From Sedimentisphaeraceae bacterium JB056 (lineage in GTDB: Bacteria > Planctomycetota > Phycisphaerae > Sedimentisphaerales > Sedimentisphaeraceae), in assembly GCA_044440125.1 (NCBI GenBank), contig JBITAJ010000021.1, positions 1 through 64,000 on the forward strand: a DNA stretch of 64,000 nt, given 5' to 3'. Below the pieces are notes generated by a model. The model had not been told where the DNA came from and did no database searches. It was given only the letters and a program-made list of their open reading frames with translations. A program made the translations under genes and the position numbers. Position 1 is the first letter of the stretch. Each line of letters begins with the position of its first letter. This document shows positions 1 through 9,671 of the stretch, one piece after another.

Positions 1-676
1 GCGGTATCTGGTAATCGACCCATGTATGCGGCATGGCACTGGCAACGTACATAAAGAAAGGCTGATCAGAGTTCTTATGTTTCTCAAGATACTCGATCGC
101 GCCGTCAAAGACGATGTCATCCTCAAAGCCTTCGGTCTCAAAGAACTGGCCGTTGTGTATCATTACCGGGTCTTTTCTGTTCTTGTCAGGCTTGTGGAAC
201 AGATCCCATAGAAGCACCTCTTCAAATCCCTGATCCTGCGGGCGCTGGGGATAGTTGTAGCCAAGGTGCCACTTGCCGAAAAGCGACGTTCTGTAACCGG
301 CCCTTTTCATGGCCTCGGCAAGGGTGTACTCTTGAGTGTCCATATTCACGCCGCCCTGCCAGGTATCCCAGACAGACGCACGGTAGTTGTAGCGTCCGGT
401 CATCATCGAGGCCCTTGTAGGGGCACATACCGGGCACATATAAAAATCGGTAAGCCGCGTGCTTTCGCGATAAAGCCTGTCCATGCTCGGTGTTTTGACG
501 TACTTGTTACCGTAGCAGCCAAAATCCCCGTATCCCTGGTCATCCGAAAGCACAAAGATAACGTTAGGACGCTTTGAGCATAGAGTCTTCTGATTAAAAT
601 TATTGGAAACACAACCGGAAACAGCAAAAACTGATGCAGCAGCCAGACCGGACTTCAAAAATTCTCTTCTTTGCAT
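1..676 (-). CDS. Arylsulfatase (S1, Cys-type), Tat signal; 3' end runs off the window
   Basis: Not in the ORF track. Hand translation from ATG 676 gives MQRREFLKSGLAAASVFAVSGC...RPNVIFVLSDDQGYGDFGCYG...FYMCPVCAPTRASMMTGRY (twin-Arg, DD metal motif, CxPxR). Confidence 0.93.
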   Translation of the reverse strand, partial: MQRREFLKSGLAAASVFAVSGCVSNNFNQKTLCSKRPNVIFVLSDDQGYGDFGCYGNKYVKTPSMDRLYRESTRLTDFYMCPVCAPTRASMMTGRYNYRASVWDTWQGGVNMDTQEYTLAEAMKRAGYRTSLFGKWHLGYNYPQRPQDQGFEEVLLWDLFHKPDKNRKDPVMIHNGQFFETEGFEDDIVFDGAIEYLEKHKNSDQPFFMYVASAMPHTWVDYQIP

Positions 677-711
677 AAATCTATATCACCAGACACCGTT
701 GCTATTGATAA

Positions 712-750
712 GTATAACATAGGCAAGCCTAAAGCCTGCCTATGTTATAC
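712..750 (-). terminator. Intergenic stem-loop (partial terminator or mRNA-stabilising hairpin)
   Basis: Minus strand GTATAACATAGGCAGGC-TTTAG-GCTTGCCTATGTTATAC, 17-bp stem with one G-U pair; no strong U tract. Confidence 0.7.
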
Positions 751-777
751 AATTTCACTATTAAAAATCATATTTTA

Positions 778-2202
778 TCAGAGAGCTTCACTAAGCCATT
801 CTCCTACGAATATAGCCAGATCATCCTGATCAACGATACCATTTCTGGTTAAATCAGCAGGATGAAGACCCAACTGCCAATCGAATACAGGGTAAGCATC
901 GGCAGGCATAACCCAGATAGTATCAAAGTCCCAGCCGGCATCGGTAAATGTCTGCTTGGTTTTCATCTCGGTTGTGGTCTTACCGGTCACTACACCGCCG
1001 CCTGTTCCGCCAGTACCTATGCCGGTAGTTGTGCCGCTTGTTTCCGTGTCCCAGAATCCGTTTAGAGGACCACCCTGGTATCTCTGACCAACGAATCCAC
1101 CGGTAGGACTGGAACCATTCACTGCTCCAACAGAATAACATGCTGTAAATACACCATCGTATGTCAATCCTGCAAATCCGCCAACAGTATTCGAAGCTGT
1201 TACTTCGCCTGTCGCGTAGCAGTTGCTAACAGCTCCGCTGACAAAACCGCCAAAACCGCCTACTCGCGTACCTCCGGCTCCATCCACATTACCAGTAGCA
1301 TAGCATTCACTGATATCAACCGCGGATTGCCCAACCAAACCGCCAACCGCTACGATGCTTATCATACCGCCGGTATGACTGACATTACCGGTAGCGTAAC
1401 AGTTTGTCATCGGCCCTGCACCGGAAACCAAATTGCCCGCAAGTCCGCCTATTCTCTGTCCTTCACCACTAACATTACCAGTTGCATAACATCCGCTGAC
1501 TTCGCCGGTATTGTACCAGCCGATAAGGCCGCCGCAATGACATCCTGTATTCGCAGTGGTCGCGTGAGCGTTACCCATAGCATAACAGTCTGTAACATCT
1601 CCACCGTTTTGTCCTACTAATCCGCCGACGCGTTCAGCACCTTCTACCTGTGCATTTGCCCAGCAGTTAACGGTCAGAGAATCGGGATGAGTAATACCGA
1701 TCAATCCGCCGACGAACATATTGCCCTGAACGGAGTTAGGATCGCCGCTGACGTAACAGCCGTCAATAGTACCTTCATTGCGACCCGCCAATACGCCTAC
1801 GGAGTCATGTCCGGATACGGCAAATTCTTCTATACCGAGATCTTTAACAGTTCCCTGATATACGTAACCGAAAAGCCCGACATTGTCAGAGGTTCCCGCG
1901 GTTATGTCCAGGTTTTTTACAGTAAAGCCGTTACCGTCAAAAGTTCCTCTGAACGCCGCACCGGTAAAGGTTGAGATTGTTCCGCCTTCCTGACCCGCCG
2001 ATATCAGAGAATCACTGTATTGACCTGTCAGGATTATATCATTAACCAATATATAACTTGCCGTAATATCGTTATTAACTTGCAGTAAGTCTGCTTCAGT
2101 CGAAATCTGGTAAGGGTCTTCAGTTGTACCGGTGCCTCCGCTAAAGCCGAACGCAAACCCACAGACCATAAGTAAGACTGCACAATTTATGAAATTTTTC
2201 AT
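778..2202 (-). CDS. Secreted GLUG-repeat protein with C-terminal dockerin-like motif
   Basis: Signal peptide; GGTGTTEDPYQI, FRGTFDGNG, many VGGLVG..CYA.GNV repeats; C-terminus ADLTRNGIVDQDDLAIFVGEWL. Confidence 0.88.
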   Translation of the reverse strand: MKNFINCAVLLMVCGFAFGFSGGTGTTEDPYQISTEADLLQVNNDITASYILVNDIILTGQYSDSLISAGQEGGTISTFTGAAFRGTFDGNGFTVKNLDITAGTSDNVGLFGYVYQGTVKDLGIEEFAVSGHDSVGVLAGRNEGTIDGCYVSGDPNSVQGNMFVGGLIGITHPDSLTVNCWANAQVEGAERVGGLVGQNGGDVTDCYAMGNAHATTANTGCHCGGLIGWYNTGEVSGCYATGNVSGEGQRIGGLAGNLVSGAGPMTNCYATGNVSHTGGMISIVAVGGLVGQSAVDISECYATGNVDGAGGTRVGGFGGFVSGAVSNCYATGEVTASNTVGGFAGLTYDGVFTACYSVGAVNGSSPTGGFVGQRYQGGPLNGFWDTETSGTTTGIGTGGTGGGVVTGKTTTEMKTKQTFTDAGWDFDTIWVMPADAYPVFDWQLGLHPADLTRNGIVDQDDLAIFVGEWLSEAL

Positions 2203-2269
2203 TGTTTTTCACCTTTCAAAAATGAGTTATTAGCATCATTCTATGTTTATCAAATCCTTCACTTATCGA

Positions 2270-3706
2270 TTAGTAGGCTTCACTGAACCAACCATCAGCA
2301 AGCACAGCAAAATCTTCCAGATTAACGATGCCGTCCTCATTAAAATCAGCCGGACTTGAATCGAGCTGCCAGATAAATACGGGATAACCGGCAAATACTT
2401 CATTTGTATATCCAGGCAACAGCCATGTATCAGTAAAGTCCCAACCGGCATCAGTGAAAGTCGATTCAGTTTTCATCTCGGTGGTTGTTTTCCCTGTAAC
2501 AACACCTTCTGCACCTGCTCCGCCAGAACCTATGCCTGTTGTTGTGCCGCTTGTTTCTGTATCCCAGAAACCGTTGAGCGGTCCGCCTGAGTATCGGCGA
2601 CCAACAAAACCACCAATCTCACCGCCTGTGCCTGTTACTGCTCCTGTTGAATAACAGTTGGATATCTCAGAAAGCGTCAGACCGGCTATACCGCCGAGAG
2701 TACCTGCACCGTTGACATCACCTGTTGCGTAGCAATTGCTAACAACACCGCTTGGCTGACCGATCAGTCCGCCAACGCGTGAGCCGCCAACACCATCAAC
2801 ATCGCCTGTTGCAAAACATTCATTAACAGTAGCCGTGCAAAGCCCGACCAAGCCACCGGTCATCACAAGGCCTGTGCCGCCGCCGGTATAAGTTACATTA
2901 CCCATAGCGTACGAATATTCGATTGTTCCGCCGTTTGAGTAACCGATAAGACCTCCTATTCGCTGGTCATTACTGCTTACATTTCCCGCGGCGTAGCAGC
3001 TTGTAATTGTTCCGCCTTCATTCCAACCTACAAGACCGCCAACAGGAGCCACTGATCCCTGGACATTACCCAATGCATAGCTGTTTGAGAGCGTATTGCT
3101 GTGCTGGCCAACCAAACCACCGACACGTTCACCCGAACCGGTAACTTCAGCATCAACCCAGCAACCTGTTATATTGCCATCGCCTGCGTTCAAACCCGTC
3201 AGACCGCCGACAAAATTAACGCCGCTTACAGTATTTGTTGTACCTGTTGCGTAACAATTTGTGAGTTGTCCCAGGTTACGTCCGATTACCGAACCTACAA
3301 CATGACTGTTGCTTGAAACACTGAAGTTCTCTATGCCGAGATTTTCGATCTTACCAAATTGAGCCAATCCAAAAAGACCGACATTCGTGCTGCCTACGGC
3401 ATTGATTACAAGGTTCCTAACCACGAAACCATCACCGTTGAAGTTGCCGCTGAAATAGCTGCCTGTAAAGTTGCCGTAATAGCTTCCTTCACCGGCTGAT
3501 ATCAGTGAATCTGTATATTCACCTGTAAGCGTAATATCGTTAAGCAGAATATAACTCGCAGTTGTATCCTCATTAACCTTAAGAAGCTGATCTTCTGTTG
3601 CTATTTGCCAGGGATTAGCGGCTGAGCCATCTCCCCCTGCAAAATCCACACCGAAAGCCATGCCGCATACTGCGACTGTAAGCACCATAATCAAAATCTT
3701 TTTCAT
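2270..3706 (-). CDS. Secreted GLUG-repeat protein with C-terminal dockerin-like motif (paralog of 778..2202)
   Basis: Same architecture; shares NGFWDTETSGTTTGIG and GKTTTEMKT; C-terminus ADFNEDGIVNLEDFAVLADGWF. Confidence 0.88.
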   Translation of the reverse strand: MKKILIMVLTVAVCGMAFGVDFAGGDGSAANPWQIATEDQLLKVNEDTTASYILLNDITLTGEYTDSLISAGEGSYYGNFTGSYFSGNFNGDGFVVRNLVINAVGSTNVGLFGLAQFGKIENLGIENFSVSSNSHVVGSVIGRNLGQLTNCYATGTTNTVSGVNFVGGLTGLNAGDGNITGCWVDAEVTGSGERVGGLVGQHSNTLSNSYALGNVQGSVAPVGGLVGWNEGGTITSCYAAGNVSSNDQRIGGLIGYSNGGTIEYSYAMGNVTYTGGGTGLVMTGGLVGLCTATVNECFATGDVDGVGGSRVGGLIGQPSGVVSNCYATGDVNGAGTLGGIAGLTLSEISNCYSTGAVTGTGGEIGGFVGRRYSGGPLNGFWDTETSGTTTGIGSGGAGAEGVVTGKTTTEMKTESTFTDAGWDFTDTWLLPGYTNEVFAGYPVFIWQLDSSPADFNEDGIVNLEDFAVLADGWFSEAY

Positions 3707-3802
3707 TGCACTTTCCTTTCAAAACAAGTTAATTACCACATAGCCTGCTTCATTTTGAGCAAAGCTTCTAAATGACTCTATATAAAATTTTCAGTTATTC
3801 GG

Positions 3803-6800
3803 TTAAAATGTTTCAAGCCAACAGTTCATAAAGACACCTAAATCGTATATATCTACAACACCATCTTTATTGAAATCGGAAGGATGTATATCCAACTGCC
3901 ACGACAGTATCGGATAACCCGTAACCTCTTCGGTATATCTTGATGGCATAAACCACACTTTTTGATTCGTGCCGCTTATATCCCATCCAAAATCAATGAA
4001 AGTCTGAATTTCTTTCATCTCGACAGTTGTTTTGCCGGCAACAGTGCTTCCTGTTATATTGCCTGAACCTACCACCGCGGCAAGCCCTGTAGTTTGAACG
4101 TCCCACAGGCAATTTACCAAAGGGCCGCCCGAATAAAGCTGTCCGATGAGCCCGCCGAGTGTATTTGTACCGTTTACCGCACCGGTTGCATAAGAGTAAC
4201 TCATTACACAATCCTGCGTCAGCCCGACAAGGCCTCCTGCGACAGATGCGTCATTTACGCTACCGGTCGCATAACAATTATTGATACTTCCGCCGGCATA
4301 ACCGGCAAGCCCGCCAACTCTTTGACCTTGAGAACCATCCACACTGCCCAGCGAATATGAAAAGCTGATATCTGCTGTGGACTGCCCTACCAACCCGCCT
4401 ACATTAACAATTCCCGTGTCGGTTCCAAGATGGGCGGCATTGCCCCTGGCATAACAGTTCACTATTCGCCCGCCGTTTGACTGGCCGACAAGTCCGCCTA
4501 TCCTTTGACCGTAACCACTCACATCTCCGGCAGCATAACAATCGATGATATCCGCTCCCTCATTCCAACCGATCAAACCGCCAGACTGGTTCCAGGCAGA
4601 TACTGCCGCGGCCTGCACGTTACCTAAAGCGTAACAATCAACAATACTTCCGCTGGTCTGTCCGACAAGACCGCCTACCCTGCTGTTTGAAGCCTGTACT
4701 TCAACATCTGTGTAACAACCGGATATTTGTGATTTTGTCAAAGCTATTCCTACAAGTCCGCCTACAAACTGATCACCGGTAACAATTGATTGATCACCGT
4801 CAATAAAACAATCGCTGATTACGCCGTTGCTGCGACCCACCAGTGAGCCGACACAGTTAGACCCATCAACATTAACGCCCTCGATTCTCAGATCACGAAC
4901 AACTCCCCCCTCTCCAAGATTACCGAATAACGCAATGTTACTTTTTTCGCCGCCGTCAATATTAAGATTGCTTATCGTCCAGCCGTTACCGTTAAATCTT
5001 CCGGTAAAAATAACGCTGTTGTCCTGACTTGAAGCAATCACTGAATCGGTGTAAACATTGGCAAGTTCAATATCAGCACTTAAAGCATAGCTTGCCGTAA
5101 TATCAGAATTAATCTTATTCAACTGTTGCTCGTTTGATATCAGCCAGGGGTTTTCAGGTGTTCCTTCGCCACCGTCAAAATCGATGTAATCAGTATCAAC
5201 CACCAAAGGTTCTGCTGCAAGCGGATCAATAACGGCTTTCCATCTCTTGCCGCTGCCCCACTCGAATATCACTTCTTTTACCTGTTCATGCGGCAATCTT
5301 TGCGGATCTGATACGACAGTCTCTATAATTGGAGCTGCTGTTATTTCACCATTAAGAGACATAGACCACAAATGAATCGTAGAAGCGGTCTGCTCAAGCT
5401 GGGCATCAGGGTAAGTCGTTCCCCAATACATGGCATTTCCGATGAAAGTAAAATAACTTTGCCCCGCTGTCGTCAATGTTGAAAGCCCGACACTTACGGT
5501 CCTTTGCGGATAAGAGAGCTTGAGCTGACTGAAATTATCCCCTATATTATTACGTGATACGACAGACGTATCGTTTACAAGTTTGAATACATCGCTCATT
5601 TGCGTCCAGCTTTCCGCAATAAAAGGCATTATTCGCAAAGCCAGCATATTTCCATCCTTCTGACAGGAATAAGTTTCCCCGAACAACGGGGGATCAAAAT
5701 CGGAAGTAAGTTGCACAGCATCGCCTCTTTCGTCTACCGGATGGGCTCTTGTCTGACCGTCCTCAACGGTTCGCCACTGCAAAAAGCCCCAATCGCCCTC
5801 AGGTTTCCACATAGCAACCGGGAAGCTTTGCCACAGCAGGCCCCATGTGCTGTATTCGGTATCATCCATTATCGGATATTTCGACATTGAACCCAGGCGG
5901 ATATCATCTTCAATATCGGCATAAGCGGTTGTGCCTCCGAAGCAAGGAATCTGAAGCTCATCGGCCTCTACAGCGCGGGAAGCAGGCAGGCTGTGCCAGT
6001 TGTTCTCATAGAATATCGCACTGATCAACGCGCCGTTTCTCCAGAAGTGATTGGATATATCTCCCATCGACGACTGCCACGGTTCGATGTTGTCGCGGTA
6101 GTTCTCCAGAGGGCCTCTGGCGGTGAAAGCGTAGCTCCTGATTGCCGGAACCCGCGGGTTGCCGCCGAAGCTGTCTTCGATGTAAAGCAGTTCATTGAGC
6201 AAATCGGTATACTCGGCGTATATCTGGGATGATGCATTGTTTGTGAAAAGCAAATACTCCGAGATCAGGTCCATACAAGTGGCGCCATAAGTATCGCTCA
6301 GATGCTCTCCCCAGCCCCATTCATTATCACGCCAATAGGCGGCAGCCTCAAGCATTTTGCTTTCAACATCGCTCACTTCCTGGCCGCTCATCGAATACAT
6401 CTCCTGGATAAGCTTGGCGTTTACAAGATCACCGAGATACTTATTAGGATATCGGGCGCTTTCGCTAAGCATCGACTGCTGGTAGAAACGGATATGAAAG
6501 CGGCTGAAAAGATTGTCGAGAATGGTATGCGAAGCCGTGCTGAGTTCAGTATCGTAAACGAGCTTGAGCAAAATCAGTTTCCTGCATACAAAGAAAGATG
6601 AATTACTGTCCTCTATGTCGTTATCTTCATAACAGGTCTTTATTGCACCGTCGGAATTCTGCATGTCATAGAGGGCTTGCAGCACCTGCTCCACTCTCGT
6701 ATCGCCGAGAAGGCCGTACCGGGCGGCAAGCAGAAGGTTGCCCGCATTGAAACGGCTTGTGTGAACACGGCTGCCGTCTTCAACATTGCTCCAAAGCCCT

Positions 6801-6922
6801 ATATCACTGCTCCAGAGAAGATCGCCCGCCTCCAGAGAAGCCCATGTATACTGCCCCGAAGCAAGAGTACAAAATACAAGCAAAACAAGTATTGAGGAAA
6901 TTAATTTACTCGAAATCTTCAT
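3803..6922 (-). CDS. Secreted fusion: unrecognised ~570-aa putative enzyme domain + GLUG repeats + dockerin-like motif
   Basis: N-terminal half aligns with 6943..8718 (YPNKYLGDLV, WGWGEH, WKPEGDWGFLQW); C-terminal half is GLUG; ends SDFNKDGVVDIYDLGVFMNCWL. Confidence 0.85.
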   Translation of the reverse strand: MKISSKLISSILVLLVFCTLASGQYTWASLEAGDLLWSSDIGLWSNVEDGSRVHTSRFNAGNLLLAARYGLLGDTRVEQVLQALYDMQNSDGAIKTCYEDNDIEDSNSSFFVCRKLILLKLVYDTELSTASHTILDNLFSRFHIRFYQQSMLSESARYPNKYLGDLVNAKLIQEMYSMSGQEVSDVESKMLEAAAYWRDNEWGWGEHLSDTYGATCMDLISEYLLFTNNASSQIYAEYTDLLNELLYIEDSFGGNPRVPAIRSYAFTARGPLENYRDNIEPWQSSMGDISNHFWRNGALISAIFYENNWHSLPASRAVEADELQIPCFGGTTAYADIEDDIRLGSMSKYPIMDDTEYSTWGLLWQSFPVAMWKPEGDWGFLQWRTVEDGQTRAHPVDERGDAVQLTSDFDPPLFGETYSCQKDGNMLALRIMPFIAESWTQMSDVFKLVNDTSVVSRNNIGDNFSQLKLSYPQRTVSVGLSTLTTAGQSYFTFIGNAMYWGTTYPDAQLEQTASTIHLWSMSLNGEITAAPIIETVVSDPQRLPHEQVKEVIFEWGSGKRWKAVIDPLAAEPLVVDTDYIDFDGGEGTPENPWLISNEQQLNKINSDITASYALSADIELANVYTDSVIASSQDNSVIFTGRFNGNGWTISNLNIDGGEKSNIALFGNLGEGGVVRDLRIEGVNVDGSNCVGSLVGRSNGVISDCFIDGDQSIVTGDQFVGGLVGIALTKSQISGCYTDVEVQASNSRVGGLVGQTSGSIVDCYALGNVQAAAVSAWNQSGGLIGWNEGADIIDCYAAGDVSGYGQRIGGLVGQSNGGRIVNCYARGNAAHLGTDTGIVNVGGLVGQSTADISFSYSLGSVDGSQGQRVGGLAGYAGGSINNCYATGSVNDASVAGGLVGLTQDCVMSYSYATGAVNGTNTLGGLIGQLYSGGPLVNCLWDVQTTGLAAVVGSGNITGSTVAGKTTVEMKEIQTFIDFGWDISGTNQKVWFMPSRYTEEVTGYPILSWQLDIHPSDFNKDGVVDIYDLGVFMNCWLETF

Positions 6923-6942
6923 CTAAAAATTCCCTTTGGTAA

Positions 6943-8718
6943 TTATTTCGCTGACTTCAACGGCTGATCAGAAGTCGGGTCGATAATAACATCCCAATTA
7001 GTTTCTGACCATGACCAACGCAGTCTTTTCTTCTGCTGTGAAGGAAGTAGCGGAGTCAGCATATACTCATCAACAAATTCAACTTTGGGTTTATTCTCGA
7101 TCTTTCCATTAATCGATATTCCCCAGACATCCACAACCATTTCCATAGTTTTAATCTTAGCCAAATCTTCTTCTGGGTAATCCATACGCCAATAATGAGC
7201 ATTACTCTCTTTGGTTAGATGCGGAGTAATGTTTCCATTTGATAAAGATACGCAGCAAACACTAACGGTTCTTTCAGGATATTCAAACAATATCTGTCCA
7301 AATTCTGAATCTTCCTGTACATGAATATTAGCAGTACAATCAGCAATCTTAAAGGTGTCTGTAATCATTGTCCAGTCTTTCACGATCTTAGGCATTATCC
7401 TGATAACTAAAACATCACCGTCATTCTGCATAGCATAAGTTTTGCCGTAAATAGGCGGATTCATCTGCCTGCTAAGTGCCCTTGGGCCGGTCCTGCTGTT
7501 TGTGGGATGAGCGTGTATAACGCCATCTTCAACCGTCTGCCACTGCAAGAAACCCCAATCGCCTTCAGGCTTCCACAAACATACTGGAAAACTCTGCCAC
7601 GCAAGGCCCCAAGTAAGGTTTTCAGCTTCGGGCATTACAGGAAAGCCTGTTAACGAACCAATCCGAATATCATCTTTCAGATACGAATTGGCAACATTTC
7701 CACCAAAGCATGGTATCTGTACCTTCACCGATGACTTACCACGCGGCGGCTCTATTTTCTCATGCCAGCCATATTCATAGAAAATAGCACTCATCAACGC
7801 TCCGGCACGCCAATAATTGTTTGACATAGTACCCATCGATGGTTCCCATTTCTTTATACTGTCACGAAAATTCTCGTTTGTACCCCTTGAAACAAAAGAA
7901 TAACTGCGTATCAAAGGAATTTTAGGGCCTCCATCATAAAGATCCTCAATATTGAGAAGCTCCTCAAGCAAACTATAATATTCTTTATATACTCGTGATT
8001 TTTTATCTTTTGAAAACAACAGATACTGAGAAAGCAGGTCAAGACATGTGCCGCCGTAAACATTGCTCATATGCTCTCCCCAACCCCATTCATGGTCCTT
8101 CCAATATCTTGAAGCCTCCATCATACGGCGATTGATAATAACGACCTCTTCTTTGGATTTAGGACTAATATCCTGTATAAGCCTTACGCAAACCAGATCA
8201 CCAAGATATTTATTGGGGTAATAGGCACTGTCTTCAAGCGATTGACCATAAAACCAGCTATAAAAATTATCGAGTATCTGATCAAGTTTCTTATTAGCCT
8301 GCAAAGTCATCTGATCTGAATAACAGCTTTTTAAAAGAAGGAGCTTTCTGCACACAAAAAATGAAAAATTTGAATCTGTAACATTTTCATCTTCATAATG
8401 AGCTTTAATACAACCGGTAACATCACTCTGCATACTTTCGAGAGTATCAAGCACCTGCTCTACTCTTGGATCACTTAAAAGACCAAGTCGTCCTGCCAAA
8501 AGTAAATTGCCGGCTGTAAACCTGCTATTATGAACAGAAGCCTTATCCTTTTCGCCTTCTTTAACTGCATGACCATAATTAGCCCAAAGACCAACCTCTG
8601 CATCCCATTTGAGATCTGCTACGTTAAGTGAATCCCAGTTATATTCCTCTTCTGCTTTTAGCTGAAACGAACTAAATACAAGAATAAATACTAATACTGA
8701 TTTTAAACTGTTTATCAT
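6943..8718 (-). CDS. Secreted hypothetical protein, stand-alone paralog of the N-terminal domain of 3803..6922
   Basis: 591-aa ORF with signal peptide and many blocks shared with its neighbour. Confidence 0.85.
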   Translation of the reverse strand: MINSLKSVLVFILVFSSFQLKAEEEYNWDSLNVADLKWDAEVGLWANYGHAVKEGEKDKASVHNSRFTAGNLLLAGRLGLLSDPRVEQVLDTLESMQSDVTGCIKAHYEDENVTDSNFSFFVCRKLLLLKSCYSDQMTLQANKKLDQILDNFYSWFYGQSLEDSAYYPNKYLGDLVCVRLIQDISPKSKEEVVIINRRMMEASRYWKDHEWGWGEHMSNVYGGTCLDLLSQYLLFSKDKKSRVYKEYYSLLEELLNIEDLYDGGPKIPLIRSYSFVSRGTNENFRDSIKKWEPSMGTMSNNYWRAGALMSAIFYEYGWHEKIEPPRGKSSVKVQIPCFGGNVANSYLKDDIRIGSLTGFPVMPEAENLTWGLAWQSFPVCLWKPEGDWGFLQWQTVEDGVIHAHPTNSRTGPRALSRQMNPPIYGKTYAMQNDGDVLVIRIMPKIVKDWTMITDTFKIADCTANIHVQEDSEFGQILFEYPERTVSVCCVSLSNGNITPHLTKESNAHYWRMDYPEEDLAKIKTMEMVVDVWGISINGKIENKPKVEFVDEYMLTPLLPSQQKKRLRWSWSETNWDVIIDPTSDQPLKSAK

Positions 8719-8832
8719 TTGTTACACCATACTCAGTTAAGTTTAGAAAAAGGATGTACCGATATCTGATAGAAAATCCAAGCATTCAGCTTAAGTTAAC
8801 CCTTCAATATATCCCACAAACACAACACATAA

Positions 8833-9642
8833 TTATTTAATCCATGAAGGCCACTCTGGTACTGGGCGTTTTTTCATCTCTGATTTATAGTCTCTATGCC
8901 ATTCATAGAACCACATTTTCTTGAGTGAAATTTTTTCAGCAGCACCGTCAGCAGTTACAATATTACTGCCGTTATGCCTCTGAACATAATGCCTTCTCCA
9001 CCAGTTGGCAGTTGGATCAACCTCTTCAACATCTCCGGGATGATACGTGGTATGAGGCTGAGCCCAGATATTAACCCATAAAGCATCCATCACAAGCGGA
9101 ACTTCGGAAGGATTCCTAAGTCTGTTAATGTTTCGCCAGTAAATAGTTGGATCATTACTGGGTAAGTCAGCAAGGTCCTCTTCGGTCGGGTTTTCTAACC
9201 ATCCATTTATGCCGTAACTCCCGTAAGAACCTTCTGGTTGCCAAGTCTGGCCTTCAAAGACTCCCCAGGCAGTATAGGTACCTTTACTTCTTCCCGGACC
9301 GGGAACTCCGACACCACCTTCAAGTTCATACCAAGTCTTCGTGGCTGACGGGCAAAGACGGAAATCGTCCAGATCCGCATAATAATCTTTATATGCCACC
9401 ATCCATGTGCCTTCGGGTCCGCCATGGTGACCTCGATGGAAAGAACCGTCATAATCTGCTGTATGCAAAGCAAATATTTGTCCCCATTGCCTAAGATTGG
9501 ATAAATCGACTACACTCTGTGCTTGACTCCTCGCCTTTCTCAATGCAGGCATCATTACTGCCATTAGTATCGCAATGATACTTATTACAACAAGCAATTC
9601 AATAAGAGTGAAGCCGCATTTTTGTCTACTTTTTTTATCCAT
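8833..9642 (-). CDS. Prepilin-type N-terminal cleavage/methylation protein (DUF1559/H-x-DG-like)
   Basis: GFTLIELLVVISIIAILMAVMMPAL..AR; C-terminal RHNGSNIVTADG. Start moved to ATG 9642 (GAGG RBS); the track start is 9657. Confidence 0.9.
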   Translation of the reverse strand: MDKKSRQKCGFTLIELLVVISIIAILMAVMMPALRKARSQAQSVVDLSNLRQWGQIFALHTADYDGSFHRGHHGGPEGTWMVAYKDYYADLDDFRLCPSATKTWYELEGGVGVPGPGRSKGTYTAWGVFEGQTWQPEGSYGSYGINGWLENPTEEDLADLPSNDPTIYWRNINRLRNPSEVPLVMDALWVNIWAQPHTTYHPGDVEEVDPTANWWRRHYVQRHNGSNIVTADGAAEKISLKKMWFYEWHRDYKSEMKKRPVPEWPSWIK

Positions 9643-9671
9643 TATTATTCGCCTCATTAATATAATTCAAA

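Noticed and set aside
26..627. Short track ORFs 26..211, 222..437, 266..577 and 403..627
   Set aside because: They are shadows or off-frame pieces of the partial sulfatase gene at 1..676 (-).
735..747. 13-mer CCTGCCTATGTTA also found at 58613-58625
   Set aside because: Only two short copies in different contexts (hairpin arm versus leader); cannot be distinguished from chance.
778..5200. Repetitive DNA as a possible CRISPR or tandem-repeat array
   Set aside because: The repeats are degenerate, in frame and encode GLUG motifs; there is no constant repeat/spacer structure and no cas gene.
8833..9642. Calling the prepilin proteins a T2SS or type IV pilus operon
   Set aside because: No ATPase, platform, secretin or peptidase gene is in the window; each pilin-like gene is solitary.
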